Shown: positions 13,317 through 26,465 of the stretch, one piece after another
Numbering within the stretch: position 1 is the first letter of the stretch
Layout: each line of letters starts with the position of its first letter
Notes under the pieces: generated by a model
Databases searched by the model: none
What the model saw: the letters and a program-made list of their open reading frames with translations, nothing else
Told to the model about the DNA's origin: nothing
Translations under genes and position numbers: made by a program
NCBI GenBank assembly: GCA_951406725.2
Contig: OX597820.1
Coordinates: 31,434,001-31,498,000 of the forward strand
Source: Octopus vulgaris
Taxonomy: Eukaryota
Reading direction: 5' to 3'
DNA length: 64,000 bases

Positions 13317-13534
13317 TTTGTAATGTGTGTGTGCAAAAAATGTCAATTTCAAATGGATAAACAGTAATTTCACCCCGAATGGGGCAAAATTTCGCCCAAC
13401 CAACGAGCTCCGCAAGAAGCCGGTCGGTTTGGCTACAAAAATATTAAAAAATATTCAAACCTATCAATAGATTTCCAATGAAATTGGTGTCAAATTCACG
13501 GAGCTGACTCACGTACGTCCATCGGCGTTGGAAG

Positions 13535-13583
<49 letters not shown>

Positions 13584-13800
13584 CCTTTCTAGTATAGGCA
13601 CAAGGCCTGAAATTTTGGGGGATGGGGCAAATTGATTACATCAACTCCTGTGCATAACTGGTACTCATTTCATCAATCCCTAAAAGCATGAAAGGCAAAG
13701 TCAACCTCGGCTGAAAACTAGAACTCGGAATATAAGGACAAATGAAATGCTACAAAGCATTTTTTTTTCTGGTATTGAAACAATTCTGCCAGATTTCTGC
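13584..13800 (-). mobile_element. SINE family B1 (older subfamily, tail aaatttcaggccttgtgcctatactagaaagg + (ATT)n); representative copy
   Basis: Same head and core as B2. Copies at about 4860-5075 and 18855-19060 (+), and 5985-6195, 6460-6670, 7510-7720, 14968-15176 and 43332-43500 (-). Confidence 0.8.
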
Positions 13801-13944
13801 CCTAATAATAGTAATAATGCTTAACATTTCTCTTTTCCAATAATAATGATTTATTTTCCAATAGTAATGATTTCTGACAATAATAATAATAATAATAATC
13901 ATAAAAATAGCATTAGTAATGATAATAATAACAACAATAACAAC

Positions 13945-13981
<37 letters not shown>

Positions 13982-15302
13982 GAACCTGCTCAATATACTA
14001 ATACAGCTTACCCTGCATGCATTTTGTGAAATTGCCTATCATTCAATAAACGCTTTTATATCAAACAAGACAATGGTATTCTATCGGTTACGATGATGAG
14101 GGTTCCGGTTGATCCAATCAATGGAACAGCCTGCTCAAGAAATTAACATGCAAGTGGCTGAGTACTCCACAGACGCATGTACCCTTAATTTAGTTCTCAG
14201 GGAGATTCAGCATGATAGAGAATGCGACAAGGCTCACTTTTGCCAGCTGAATGAACTGGAGCAATGTGAAATAAAGTGTCTTGCTCAAGGACACAATGCA
14301 ATACTAGGAACTGAACTTGCGACCTTACGATCATAAGCAGGATAACCTATTTCTCTACTACCCACAAGGGGCTAAACACAGAGAGGACAAACAAGGACAG
14401 ACAAACGGATTAAGTCAATTATATCGACCCCAGTGCGTAACTGGTACTTATTTAATCGACCCCGAAAGGATGAAAGGCAAAGTCGACCTCGGTGGAATTT
14501 GAACTCAGAACGTAGCGGCAGACGAAATATCACTAAGCATTTCACCCGCCATGCTAACGTTTCTGCCAGCTCACCGCCTGAGCAGGATAACCTAACCACT
14601 AAGCCACATGCTTTCAGAAGAAGACAGGAGCAATTCTAAAACAACACAGCAAAACCAAAGCAACCCCACCTTACACCATGGCAAATTAGATTACCAACCC
14701 TCACCTCATATTAACCAATGTAATACTAAACAAACCTCAGAAACATGGAAGTACAGAATTATTGCTTGTGTTGTAGAAGATGGTAATGATGTTGTGAAAA
14801 AAACTAATAAGAATCTACAAAAAATACATAATAATAATAATAATGTGCCTCGTGTACCCTTATCAGACGGGTAGTCATGATGGGTATACTGGGCTTCGTA
14901 TATTTTACCCCAGTGTCACTTTGATGGCATGCACTGCTCTCTCACTCAATAATAATAATAATAACAATCCCTTCTACTATAGGCACAAGGCCTGAAATTT
15001 TGGAGTGGGGGTTAAATTGATTACATTGACCACAGTATTCAACTGGTACTTAATTTATCAATTCTGAAAGGATCACAGTCGACTTCAGAGGTATTTGAAC
15101 TCAGAACATAAAGACGGACGAAATGCTGCAAAGCATTTTACCCAGCATGCTAACGATTCTGCCAGCTCACCGCCTTAATAATAATAACAACAATAATAAT
15201 AATAATAATAATAATGATAAAATTAATAATTCCTATTAGCAAATGAAACATGTGTAATGGTGGCTAAATAATACCAAAAAAATTTTCCAAAGTCCTGTTT
15301 TG

Positions 15303-15338
<36 letters not shown>

Positions 15339-15527
15339 AGAATTCACAAAAAAATAATAAAAGGCGAAGACAGGTGGTGTAGACAACAAACAGATGTATT
15401 AGTTTAACAGTCAGGAAATGAAAAAGTGTTTAACATTTCGAGCCTATGCTCTTCCACAGAAAGAAACAGGGAGAGAAAATAAAGAATGTGTAGTGGCTAG
15501 CGATCTATCATGGCGAATATATATATG

Positions 15528-16059
15528 CAACTTATAAATAAGGGCAAAAGAAAAAAAATTCCTATGCCAAATATGCTGAGAATAGACTTTAAATCGTCAA
15601 TAACCACATATAATTCATCACTATAAGCAAGCGTCTTGAAGCAAGCTGACAGAATTTTCTAAAAAATTCCATTATTACCAAATTGGTTTGATTTCTGAGT
15701 TAATTCATAAAGAATTTTCTCATCATCAGAGATAAATACATTAAGAGATAAATGAAATACTTACACCCATGAAATAAGCAGATGCAAAGCATACACATGA
15801 CCTTGTGTCTGCTTATTCCATGGGTGCAAGTATTTCATTTATCTCTTAATGTATTTACTGCTGATGACGAGAAAATTCTTTAAGAATTAACTCAAAAGTT
15901 GGACCGATTTGGTAATAACAGAATTTTTTAGAAATTTCTGTCAGCTTGCTTTGAGACGCGTGTTATAGTGATGAATTATATGCAGTTATTGACAATTTAA
16001 AGTCTGTTTTTGGCATATTTGCCATAGGAATTTTTTCTTTTGCCCTTATTTATAAGTTG
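15528..16059. repeat. Long imperfect inverted repeat (~260-bp arms), each arm with a decayed hammerhead
   Basis: caacttataaataagggcaaaag...cttttgcccttatttataagttg. The arms are homologous to the 35087-35335 element. Confidence 0.9.
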
Positions 16060-16143
16060 TTTATAATTTTCACCTTAATAGGTATTTTTAATATGCTGGC
16101 CGCTGATAAAATTTTTTTTGAAAATTTTATCCCAAATTAGATA

Positions 16144-17805
16144 TCTCTTATTATAAAAGGCAGATTTTATCTGCCTCCCTTTGTAACTTATAGAAATCTA
16201 CAATATAGGATTTCTTCAATTACAATTTACCTAGCATTTTTAAGAGTAGAATGCATCGGGTCATGCCAGGTCCAGTTTTTAAAATTTAAACTCCAATTAA
16301 GCAAAATTTACAGAAAACTCACATTCTGGTGTGTATGTCAAATGCTTTTCTTAATGTGGTTTACACCACACGCACACACACAGTGTGCAACGAATAAAAT
16401 GAAAGTAAATAGCGACAGAGTGATTTGAGGAAGACTAAACTGAAAGTATTTAAACCACTACTCAAAAAATAAAAAAACACAGCAAACAGAAACAAATAAA
16501 TACATAACGATTTACTCCTCACACAATTTCTTCAATTAGAGTTTACCTAAGATTTTTCAAAGTACTCCATTCGGTCATGCCATAATATATTTCTTTCAAT
16601 TTCACCCCCAATTAAGACAAAATTCGAGAAAACTCAATATTTTAACATTTCACTCCGAAAGCATTGATGTACATGTGTGCGTGCGTGAGTGTGTGTGTGT
16701 GTGTGTGTTTGATGGGTTGTGCGATACAGAAAGTGTGGTGTGTAAGTGAAGTGCTTTTGTTAGTGTGTGTAAAGAGACAGACAGAGTGAAAGGCAGAAAT
16801 AACTGAACTTTTTTTATTCACTTTTTGTAGTGAGTGACTGAGAGAGAAAAGAGAGAGAGAGGTTATGTATGTATATATGTATGTATGGCTTCAGTGACAC
16901 ACACACACAAAAACACATACCTACGTACACCTAAAGCACGCACACACACACACACACACACAAGCGGAGCGCGAACTTCAAAATTTTGGTAGTATTAATT
17001 TGCGAGCATACTTCTAAGCGCGCGTAATTGAAAGTTTTCACTATGATATCATCACGTGCGAAAAAATTCGAAGGGTTTTGAACAATTGAGATACACATGT
17101 CACGCCTGTATTGAAACCATTGCTAAGCTGCCGTAATTGCTTAATTAAGACTTTGTTTAAATTGAAAGGGGCAAATATGTGACGAGGTTGAAAAAAAATA
17201 CCCCAGAAAAAAAAATGTACTGCTGGTATTTATATAATTCACTACTATTTTGCTACAATGTCAGGAAAAAGAAAAAATTTAGGTATGTAAATCGAATTCG
17301 CCACCCCCTTTTCCCCGTGCGCGTTTGTGTAAAAAAAAATTTTTATTTAAGTTTTAAAAATTATTTACTTTGTTCAAAAAATATTAATATTAATTAATTT
17401 TCAAGAATTATTTAATTTTATTCTGTAAAATAGTAATTAATTCATTTATCTGTAAATCCGCGAGGTTGTTACTCAGGCACCTAGAATGGTAACCTTCAAC
17501 TAACACTATCTCCTCCGAGACTCTGCGGCGCAAGTTGACCAAAATTGAGAGTATGGTAGAAGAAGGGTTGCTCTTCCTTCCGTAGAACATAAAATTCAAA
17601 TCCGACCATGTTAACACCAAAAATTATTTACATCAAAATGATGCTTTTTTCTATGAAAATCCCTATTTTTTACGATTTTTTCACTGCTGTGTCGCCACTT
17701 TTCGGTGTATTTCGACCAGAAAAATGTTCACAAAATTTTTACTTTTCAAAATTACAATTCCAGTGGGTTGAAACAAACCCGAGCAACGCCGGGCGATACT
17801 GCTAG
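16144..17805 (+). mobile_element. Non-autonomous Helitron
   Basis: 5' A|TCtcttattataaaa. 3' GC-rich hairpin cccgagcaacgccggg followed by CTAG|T at 17802-17806. No TSD. Confidence 0.8.
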
Positions 17806-18594
17806 TATATGTATATATGTGTGTCTGTGTTTATTCCCCATCACTGCTTGACTACCAGTCTTGGTTTGGTTCAATCTTCATAGCTTAGCAATTTGGCAAA
17901 AGAAATCAGCAGAAAAAATACTGGGGTCAATTTGTTCACCTAAACCCTTCAGAGCAGTGCCCCAGAATAGCAGTAGTCCCATGACTGAAACAAGTAAAAG
18001 ATAAAAGATATCTCTATCTATATAACCAAAACACTACACCAGCCCTTACTCACATCACCTACTGCACCTCACACTAATCACCTACTCACACCTCACAGTA
18101 ACCACCTCTCTGGATGAATGAAAAAGAAGCACAACACTGATTTTCCAAGGATTGATAGTCCAGAACCTCTTATCTATAACTCTACTCTATGCCACATTAC
18201 TCATAGATGTCAACTCTAACACAAGAGCACAGTGTATCTTTTATTGGAGTTTCCATGGTGCCAGTCTTGGACCAGCAGCTCAGTTCACTAGCCCAGGTGC
18301 AGGATGTTTTACGAGAGACCTGTTAAGTGGATTGCTTTGACAGGTCTTGTTTTTAGTCCTGCAGAGTGCCCACAACACCTTCCCCACTTGATAAGCCAGC
18401 AGAGGAAGCTGGTTTAGTTGCTGACCACCCAACCATGAAACACTTAGTACTGGATTACACTGTATCTCTTATAATCTGCACTAATTTATGAGCAGGAACT
18501 TCAAATTCCTGCAGTTACCATACTAGTTTACTAGGTGGCTCTGTTTCTAAGAACTTGCACAGAACAGCATTACCAATAAACTAGTATCATTTGA

Positions 18595-18815
18595 CCCTTT
18601 AGCATTCAGATTTCTCTGTCAAATGTGATGTGTATTTATTCACATTGTTGTTTTGAATAAATCATGCATTATCTTGTAGCTTTGAGATTTCAATGAGAGG
18701 ACTTTACTTTTAGAATGACATTTTAAGGTATGTGTGAGAAACCTGATCTGGCCAGTTTGAACATAAAGCAAGGAGGATATTTGGGCTGGATTGGGCCAGT
18801 TTAAATGCTAAAAGG
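18595..18815. mobile_element. piggyBac-like MITE; inverted second copy at 40612-41136 interrupted by a SINE
   Basis: TIRs ccctttagcatt and aatgctaaaagg with TTGA/TTAA flanks. The second copy has TTAA at 40608-11 and 41137-40 and shares internal sequence. Confidence 0.75.
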
Positions 18816-19249
18816 TTAAATATTATAGTGAATTTAATATTTGTTTAAATTAAGGCAGTATGCTGGCAGAATCATTAGCACACTGGGCAAAATGTTTAAT
18901 GATGTTTTGTCTGTCTTTAAATTCAGATCTCAAATGTTGCTGAGGTCAACTTTGCCTTTCATCCTTTCAGGATCAGTAATATAAGTACCAGTTGAGGACA
19001 AGGGTCATTGTTATCAGCTCTCCCCCTCCTCTGAACTTGCTGGCTTTGTGTCAAAATTTGAAACCAATATTTTACTTTAGAGTTGACTACCTCTGGTTCA
19101 GAAAAATCTGGAATCTGGAAAGGCCTTGGAAACAAAGGTTCTGGAAAATCGATGTTCCCATATTTCATTTCTTACACTACATTTTACAACAAAGGAATGA
19201 AATAGAAAGTGTGACAGAGTGAGAATGGGAAGAAGAGAGAAGGAAGGAG

Positions 19250-19382
19250 ATAGATAGATACACAGACAAGCAGACAGATGATAGACAGGTAGACAGGCAA
19301 ACAAATAGATAGATAGACAGATAAACAGATAGATAGATAGATAGACAGATAAACAGATAGATAAATAGATAGACAGATAAAC

Positions 19383-19421
<39 letters not shown>

Positions 19422-19512
19422 CAGATAAGCAGATAGACTGACAAATAGATACATAAACAGACAGACAGACAAACAGATGGATAGATAGACGAACAGACAG
19501 ATAGACAGACAA

Positions 19513-19585
<73 letters not shown>

Positions 19586-19690
19586 TAGATGGATAGATAG
19601 ATAGACAGACAGATAAACCGATTGACAGATAAATAGATAGACAGATAAACAGATGCATAGACAGACAGATAGACAGATAGATAGAGAAAG
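19250..19690. repeat. (GATA/GACA)n microsatellite
   Basis: Direct reading. Confidence 0.95.
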
Positions 19691-20087
19691 AGAGGGTTAC
19701 CTTCTAGTCGCTGTGAATATCAGCTGGTCTGCCTAGTGTATGAGTGGCAACCCACAAATATTTTAATCCCCCATGTAAGCAGATGTCAATGGATGAGAGC
19801 TAACCTCTGTGTTTGGCAAAAGAATATCAATATGGATATCTCTAGCTGCTAGGAAATATAAGGAAGACAACCACAATGGACCGATAAGGGAATCGCACAG
19901 GATGGTCACATCTGATAATATTTTCATAGGTCTGCTATGAATAGGGCTGACTGGAGCCTAAACAACAACAACAATAACAACTATAATAATAATCAAAATA
20001 ACCACAAAGATAAATAAACAAGGCATGGGACAAAAAACTCATTTTCATATTGAACAAAATACCAATATTCATACAGACAATATATTA

Positions 20088-21070
20088 TGGTAGTAGTAGT
20101 GGTGGTGTGGTGGGGGGGCTGGTGGTAGCAGTAGTGGTGGCAGTCATGATGATCGTGGTGGTGGTGGTGGTGGTGGTGGAGGAGGTAAAGGTAGTTGAGG
20201 TGGTGTTGTTGGCAGTAGTAGTGAAGTTAGTAGGGTAATGGTGGTAAAAATGGTGATAGTGATGTTGGTGTGTAATGATAGTAGTGGTGATAATGGTGGT
20301 GGTGGTGGTGGTTGCGGTGGTGGTAGTTGTGGTAATGGTTGTGGTGATGGTGGTGGTAGTGGTGGTGGTGGTTGCGGTGGTAGTAGTTGTGGTAATGGTT
20401 GTGGTGATGGTGGTGGTTGTGGTGATGGTAGTGGTAGTGGTGGTGGTGGTGGTTGTAGTCATGGTGGCTGCAGTGGTGGTGGTGATGCAGTGGTGGTTGT
20501 GGTGATGGTGGTGTGGTAGTGGTGACGGTGGTGGTTGTAGTCATGGTGGCTGCAGTGGTAATGGTTGTGGTGATGGTGGTGGTTGTGATGATGGTGGTAG
20601 TGGTGGTGGTGGTTGTAGTCATGGTGGTTGTGGTGGTGATGGTAGTTGTAGTGGTGGTGGTAATTATGACAATGATGATGATGGTGATGATGACGATGGT
20701 GATGATGATGGTGACAGTGGCAATGATGATAAAGATGATGATGATGATGATGACGATGATGACAAGGACATTACTATCAACGATGAAAAATTATGTTACC
20801 ATGGAAGTAAAAGCGGAGGTAGTGGCAAAGTTTGGGGGAAGGGGGTGACAATGAAAATACAATAATGTACATGTATGTGTGTGCATGTGTGTGTGTAGGG
20901 GGAAGTATGCATCTGTGTGTAGATATGTGCGCATACATGTGTGTGTGTGTGTGTATTTGTGCATGTATGTATTTCCCCTTTGCTCTATGCCTGTCCATGT
21001 GTGCATGTCTATGTGTATGAATATATGCATGCACACATATCTGTTTATGAAGAATGAACATGATGTGAGT

Positions 21071-21122
<52 letters not shown>

Positions 21123-22225
21123 CTGTGTACATATGTATGTATGTCTCTTGCTGTGGTGTATGTCTGCTTGCATATGCATGCATTAGAGTGTGTCTGTGCA
21201 TGCATATGCATTGGTGTATGTGTATATGTGTATGTGTGTGTGTACGTGTATATGTGCATGTATGTGTGTATATACCTATTTGTATGCATATGTGTATATA
21301 TGTATATATATATATATGTGCCTATTTGTACACATATATATATGTATATATATATATATATCATATACATACATATATACATATGCGTACATATATATAT
21401 ATATGCATACATACATATATATATGCATACATACATATATATATATATGTATGCATATATATATATATATATGTATGTTTGTATGCCAATGTGTGTGTAT
21501 ATATATATATTTGTGTCTAAGTGTGTGAATGTTGTGTATATGTGTGCATACATATGTATGACTGTTAGTGCCTGTCTATGTCTGTGTGTGTGATTATAAA
21601 TATGTGTGTATGTGTGTGTTTGGGTATATGAAGAATGCAAGAGGTTATGTTGATGGTGGTGGCGGAGGTGGAGGTGCTGTGGTAAACAGGCTGTGATAAT
21701 CAATAAACATGCTTTATTATAAAATACCAACTAATTTGCAATAGTGGTGACCAAGAGGAAAGAGGAAAGTGTGGAGAGGGGAGGAGTTCAGGAGGTGGGG
21801 GATTGGAAGGGAGCCGTGGAGGGGGCAGAAGGAAGGAATAGTGTCTGGTGAATGGAGAGGGTAGCCAATAGTTGGGACAGGCAGTGTTAGTGTTCCACAA
21901 TCCAAGAGTTGATACTGTTGGTGGTGGTGGCAGTGGTGGTTAGGGTGGTGGTTGTGGCAATGGTTGTGGCGGTGGTAGCGGTGACGGTGATGGTGGTAGT
22001 GGCAGTGGGAGCAGGGATGGACGTGGTGGTGTTGAGGGTAATGGTAATGATGATGGTGGTGGTAGTGGTGATAGCAATGGCCATGGTAGTAGTGGTAGTG
22101 GTGTTGAAGGTAGTGGTAGTAATAGTGATGATGGTGGTAGTGCTGATAGTGGTGATGGTGTTGTGGGCCAGAGGTGGTAGTAGGGGTGGTGTTAGTCGTG
22201 GTGGTAGTAGTAGGAGTGGTTGTTA
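20088..22225. repeat. Compound low-complexity block: (GGT/GAT)n 20088-20765, (TG/TA)n 20870-21620, (GGT)n 21910-22225
   Basis: Direct reading; explains the poly-V/T/H/Y ORFs. Confidence 0.95.
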
Positions 22226-23612
22226 ATATTGTTTAGCCACAAGTCAGCCCAGATTACGATTTTGTATCAATGACCAACCCACTCACACTTTTTATTCATA
22301 GAGTACCTCAGACTACACTTCTTCCAGTTCCTCTCTCTCTTTCAGCTGAGACGTCCTTGTCTTGGAACCTACATGGCAACCCCGTGGGAACTGGTACCAC
22401 ATAAAAAGCATCCATGCTAGTACCATGTAAGAAGCATCTGTGCTGGCACCATGTAAAAAGCACCAGTACTGGTACCACATAAAAAGCATCCATGCCAGTA
22501 CCACATAGAGAGCCCTCATGCTGGTGCCATGTGAAAAGGTACTCATGCCAGCACCATGTGAAAAGCACCCAGTACACTCTGTAAAGTGGTTGGTGTTAGG
22601 AAGGGAAATCCACCCATAGAAACCATGCCAAAACAACAAGAGGAGCCCATACAGCTCTCCAGCTTGCTAGCTCCTGTCAAATTGTCCACCCCATGCCAGC
22701 ATGGAAAATGGACATTAAATGATAACGATGATGTAGGAATAACTAATCAAATGGATCCTTTCCTGCCAGTGTATGCAACAGAGACAATATTTAATTACAA
22801 TAATCATTTATGTGTCATGCTTAAATGCATACATGCTGTTGATAGCTCAGTTCCTTCAATATTTGTCCTGAGGTCCACAAGAGATGTTATCTCAGGACAA
22901 AAACTGTAGTGACTGGCCTACCAACTGTGTATATATACAGTAATTACAATACATCATCATCAAGATCCTTTAACTGATGCAGCCAGTCATTGGGGTGCTA
23001 CTCTAGATGCTTTCATATTCAGCTGTTGCCACTGGTCTCTGTTAATGTAGGCATGTGGCTTAGTGGTTAAGGTGTTTAACTCATGACTGTAAGATTGTGG
23101 TTTCAATTCCTGGACCGGGTGATGTGTTGTGTTCTTGAACAAAACACTTCATTTCACATTTCTACAGTCTACTCAGTAAGCAAAAATGAGCAATCCTGCA
23201 ATGGACTGGTGTCCTGACCAGACGGGGAATATATATGCCATGAAACCAGGAAACTGGCCCTTATGAAGCGGCACCCTAATGACTGGCTGCATCAGTTAAA
23301 TGATCTTGATGATGATGATGATGTATCGTAATTATTGTAATACACTGTTTGTAGGCCAGTCACTCTAGTTTTTGTCCTGAGATAACATCTCTTTGTATTA
23401 TACTTTTACCTTTCTTACTGATCTTAGTTTTGTGTCATTCATAGCAGATTCCCTGTGTTGTGATCTGTCCAGTCTTTGATGTTTGTCAAATCAGTACTTT
23501 CTTTGTCTGTCTCTCTTTCACTTGCCCTCAACTGTGCCCTAGAGAATAGTTTTAGGTAGGGAGTAGTGGTGGAATACATGACCCAACAAAGCAAGCTTTT
23601 GTCTTTTTACCT

Positions 23613-23773
23613 GCGCAGAAGTGGCTGTGTGGTAAGTAGCTTGCTTACCAACCACATGGTTCTAGATTCAGTTCCACTGCATGGCACCTTGGGCAAGTGT
23701 CTTCTACTATAGCCTCGAGCTGACCAAAGCCTTGTGAGTGGATTTGGTAGACGGAAACTGAAAGAAGCCCATC

Positions 23774-23818
<45 letters not shown>

Positions 23819-24016
23819 GTCTGTGTTTGTCCCCCAAAATCACTTGACAACTGATGCTGGTGTGTTTACGTCCCCGTAACTTAGCGGTTTGGCAAAAGAG
23901 ACCGATAGAATAAGTACTAGGCTTACAAAGAATAAGTCCTGGGGTCGATTTGCTCGACTAAAGGTGATGCTCCAGCATGGCCGCAGTCAAATGACTGAAA
24001 CAAGTAAAGAGAGTAA
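23613..24016 (+). mobile_element. SINE family A (tRNA-like head, ccttgggcaagtgtctt body, internal microsatellite, CR1-like tail); representative copy
   Basis: A box tggctgtgtggtaag, B-box-like ttcagttcc, tail ccagcatggccgcagtcaaatgactgaaacaagtaaa. Other copies at about 965-1325, 5188-5650, 6685-7470, 24770-25200 and 30173-30569 (+), and 33085-33448, 50440-50850 and 61080-61410 (-). Confidence 0.85.
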
Positions 24017-25399
24017 GGAGTGGTTCCTGTCTGCTAGTGTATTTGTTGACATGCTACCTGACAAAGTTTTGTGCTCTACATGATACAAAGATGGCTGTTT
24101 AATCCTTTGCTTATTTCAGAATGTCGGCTTTGATTTAAGGTAACAAGCCAGCAGAACTGTTAAGAGTATTGGATAGAATGCCTCCCAATATTTATTCTGA
24201 TTCATGGTGCACTGAACTCAAATTCTGCTGAGGTCAACTTTGCCTTTCATCCTATCAATGTTTATAAAAAAACTAACTGGCCCTAAGCCTTCAAAAATAT
24301 TGGCTAATTGTAGTATTTTATATATAAATATGGATGGTAATTCAAATTAATACACTTGTCAATGTTATCTAGTGGTTGTCTTTTGAGATGTGACATCAAT
24401 CATCGTTTGTTACTGAAAGAATGCTGGTTCACACGTACAAACATTCACATACTTTCCTTGTACACGCACAGACATACACACATATACTCACATAGTGTTG
24501 AAACGCAGTTTGCTTTTTCTTTTCATCATTGAATGTTCACTATCCCACTTCCATTGCACACACACACACACACACAAATATTCACATACCTCCTTTTTAC
24601 ATACACACACATATACTCACACAGAGTTGAAATGCTCTCACTACCAGTATGCCATTACCCCTTCCTTTCTCATTCATATGTTGTGAAGGAGAAAAACACA
24701 AGAGTATTATTATAGTAGAAGATACTAATCCAGGACAGTGGATTGTCAGAATTGCTAGAGGTTCAGGTGTAGGCATGGCTGTGTGGTAAGAAGTTTGCCG
24801 CTTGATCACTATGGTTTCATGTTCAATCCTACTGTATGGCATCTTGGGCAAGTGTCTTCTTCTATAGCCTCAGGCCAGCCAAAGCCTTATGAGTGGATTT
24901 GGTAGATAGAAACTGAAAGAAGCCTGTCTTATATGTGTGTGTGTGTGTGTGTGTGTCTGTGCATGCACATGTGTGTGTCTTCATGTTCATTTGTCCCCAA
25001 CAACTGCTTGAAAACCGGTTTTGGTATGTTTATCTCCTTGTAGCTTAGCAGTTCAGCAAAAGAGGCCGATAGTATCAGACCTAAAAAATAATAAGTCCTG
25101 GGGTCAATTTGTGTGACTGAAATTCTTCAAGGCAGTGCTCCAGCATGGGCACAGTCTTAAAACACATTCTTAAAACTGAAACAAGTAAAAAGATAAAAGC
25201 TACTTTGCGGTCACTAACCTGTCTCTTTGAATTCTGACATCAATGCCTGTGATGGCATTGGTGTCAAGCTGTATCACACCAAATTATTTCAATCTTTTAT
25301 CTTTTACTTGTAGCAACCATCACCACCAAAATGAAGGAACATCTATGTGGTTACTAGGTCTGCTAGAAAAAGCAGCCAAACTCCTATCAAATCCCAGCC

Positions 25400-26465
25400 T
25401 ATAAAGAGCTCTCATTTGTCATTGTCGGCAATGCCTTTACAAATGTATGTACAAGGCAGGACAAGAATATTTTGAGGAAGACTGATCATTAACCATGTAT
25501 ACAATTCTCTTGTCTCCATGTTGCAGATGTTTTACACCAAGGAAATTTGCAGAGTTGCAGGAAATTTGCAGAGTTGGCATAGGATACCTTCTTGGTGTGT
25601 CAATAAAAAAATAACGTGATACCAATTAGATTAGGAAAGCACCAGTCCAAAGCAGCAAAAACTTTTCCAGTGATTTTGGTTGAAACATGCAAACCAAAAA
25701 TCAGGTTGAACCAGAAGACATCCTGATTGCTATATCTGTTGTTAGTCTTATTTGATCGAGTGTGTTGTACAGGATTGGAACAAACATTTGAATTATTATG
25801 TCACATGTGTCTATGAGTTTTCGTTGGTAGTTCATTGATATGACCAATTGTTTCTGTCTTGCATTCTTTATATGAGTGAATTCTCAAATGGTAACATTGT
25901 GTTGGTATACAATGTGCATCACAGTTAGAGGAATTACCAGTGTTGTGTATGTCTGCTTATTGTATATATTGGATTTTTTTCATGATACCCAACCCTAGCT
26001 AGAGCAGCATTATAATAAGATGCATGAGATCCGAAGATTTTATTATTAGCAGGTAATGTAGAGATTCTTGTTGAAATATTCTAAACTAGTCCCCGTATAA
26101 TCGAGGGTGGATGGTTGGATGATACGTTAATGTACTTAATATAATCATTTGGCTTATGAAATGGTTCAAATGATCCAGTATCAAGACAGAAGGTAGCATC
26201 AAGAAAGTTCACTCTATGATAATCTTTACCTATAGTAATGTTGAGACCTAAATTTTTGAAAAGCTTACAGAAATTTTTCCTATTTCTTTCTAACTGTACT
26301 TTAAGGCATCATCCCTATATAGACCCCCTGTTACTTCCGGAAAGGAAGACTAGATTAATGAAAGGATATATATTCCAACTAGGTCACTGGCCTGAGCAGA
26401 ATCATGTGAGCCCATTGCTATATCAAATGCATTCTCCCTATCTAATCTTCTCTATAATCTACCAT
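25400..26465 (-). pseudogene. Penelope-like element remnant (RT + linker + start of GIY-YIG), probably Naiad-type
   Basis: Manual minus-strand translation: FDIAMGSHDSAQASDLVGIYIL, GGLYRDDAL (YRDD at 26319-26308), VNFLDATFCL, FHKPND..YINVSSNHPPSII, VFWFN.., KVSYANSAN, RIVYMV..LYI. Several stops and frameshifts. Confidence 0.8.

Larger units (their letters stand above)
7743..13535 (-). mobile_element. Full-length Tx1/L1-clade non-LTR retrotransposon (~5.8 kb)
   Basis: 5'UTR, ORF1 with zinc knuckle, ORF2 (APE-RT-zinc finger) and 3'UTR with AATAAA (plus-strand tttatt 7752-7757). Flanked on both sides by (AAT)n (7724-7742 and 13536-13583). Confidence 0.93.

Noticed and set aside
13317-13415. TTG-initiated N-terminal extension of ORF1
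   Set aside because: The alternative start is an artefact of the ORF caller; the first ATG at 13316 (AAAATGG) has good context.
13440-13535. HDV-like ribozyme at the Tx1 5' end
   Set aside because: I could not build the nested double pseudoknot by eye.
14640-14965. Possible R4/Dong-like LINE scraps (PPWQIRL-like peptide; short segment ending in (AAT)n)
   Set aside because: Too short and degenerate to assign from sequence alone.
19098-22226. Long ORFs rich in V/T/H/Y/I/C (also 26996-27287, 29011-29605, 52214-52885, 56078-56496)
   Set aside because: They are translations of microsatellites that lack stop codons.
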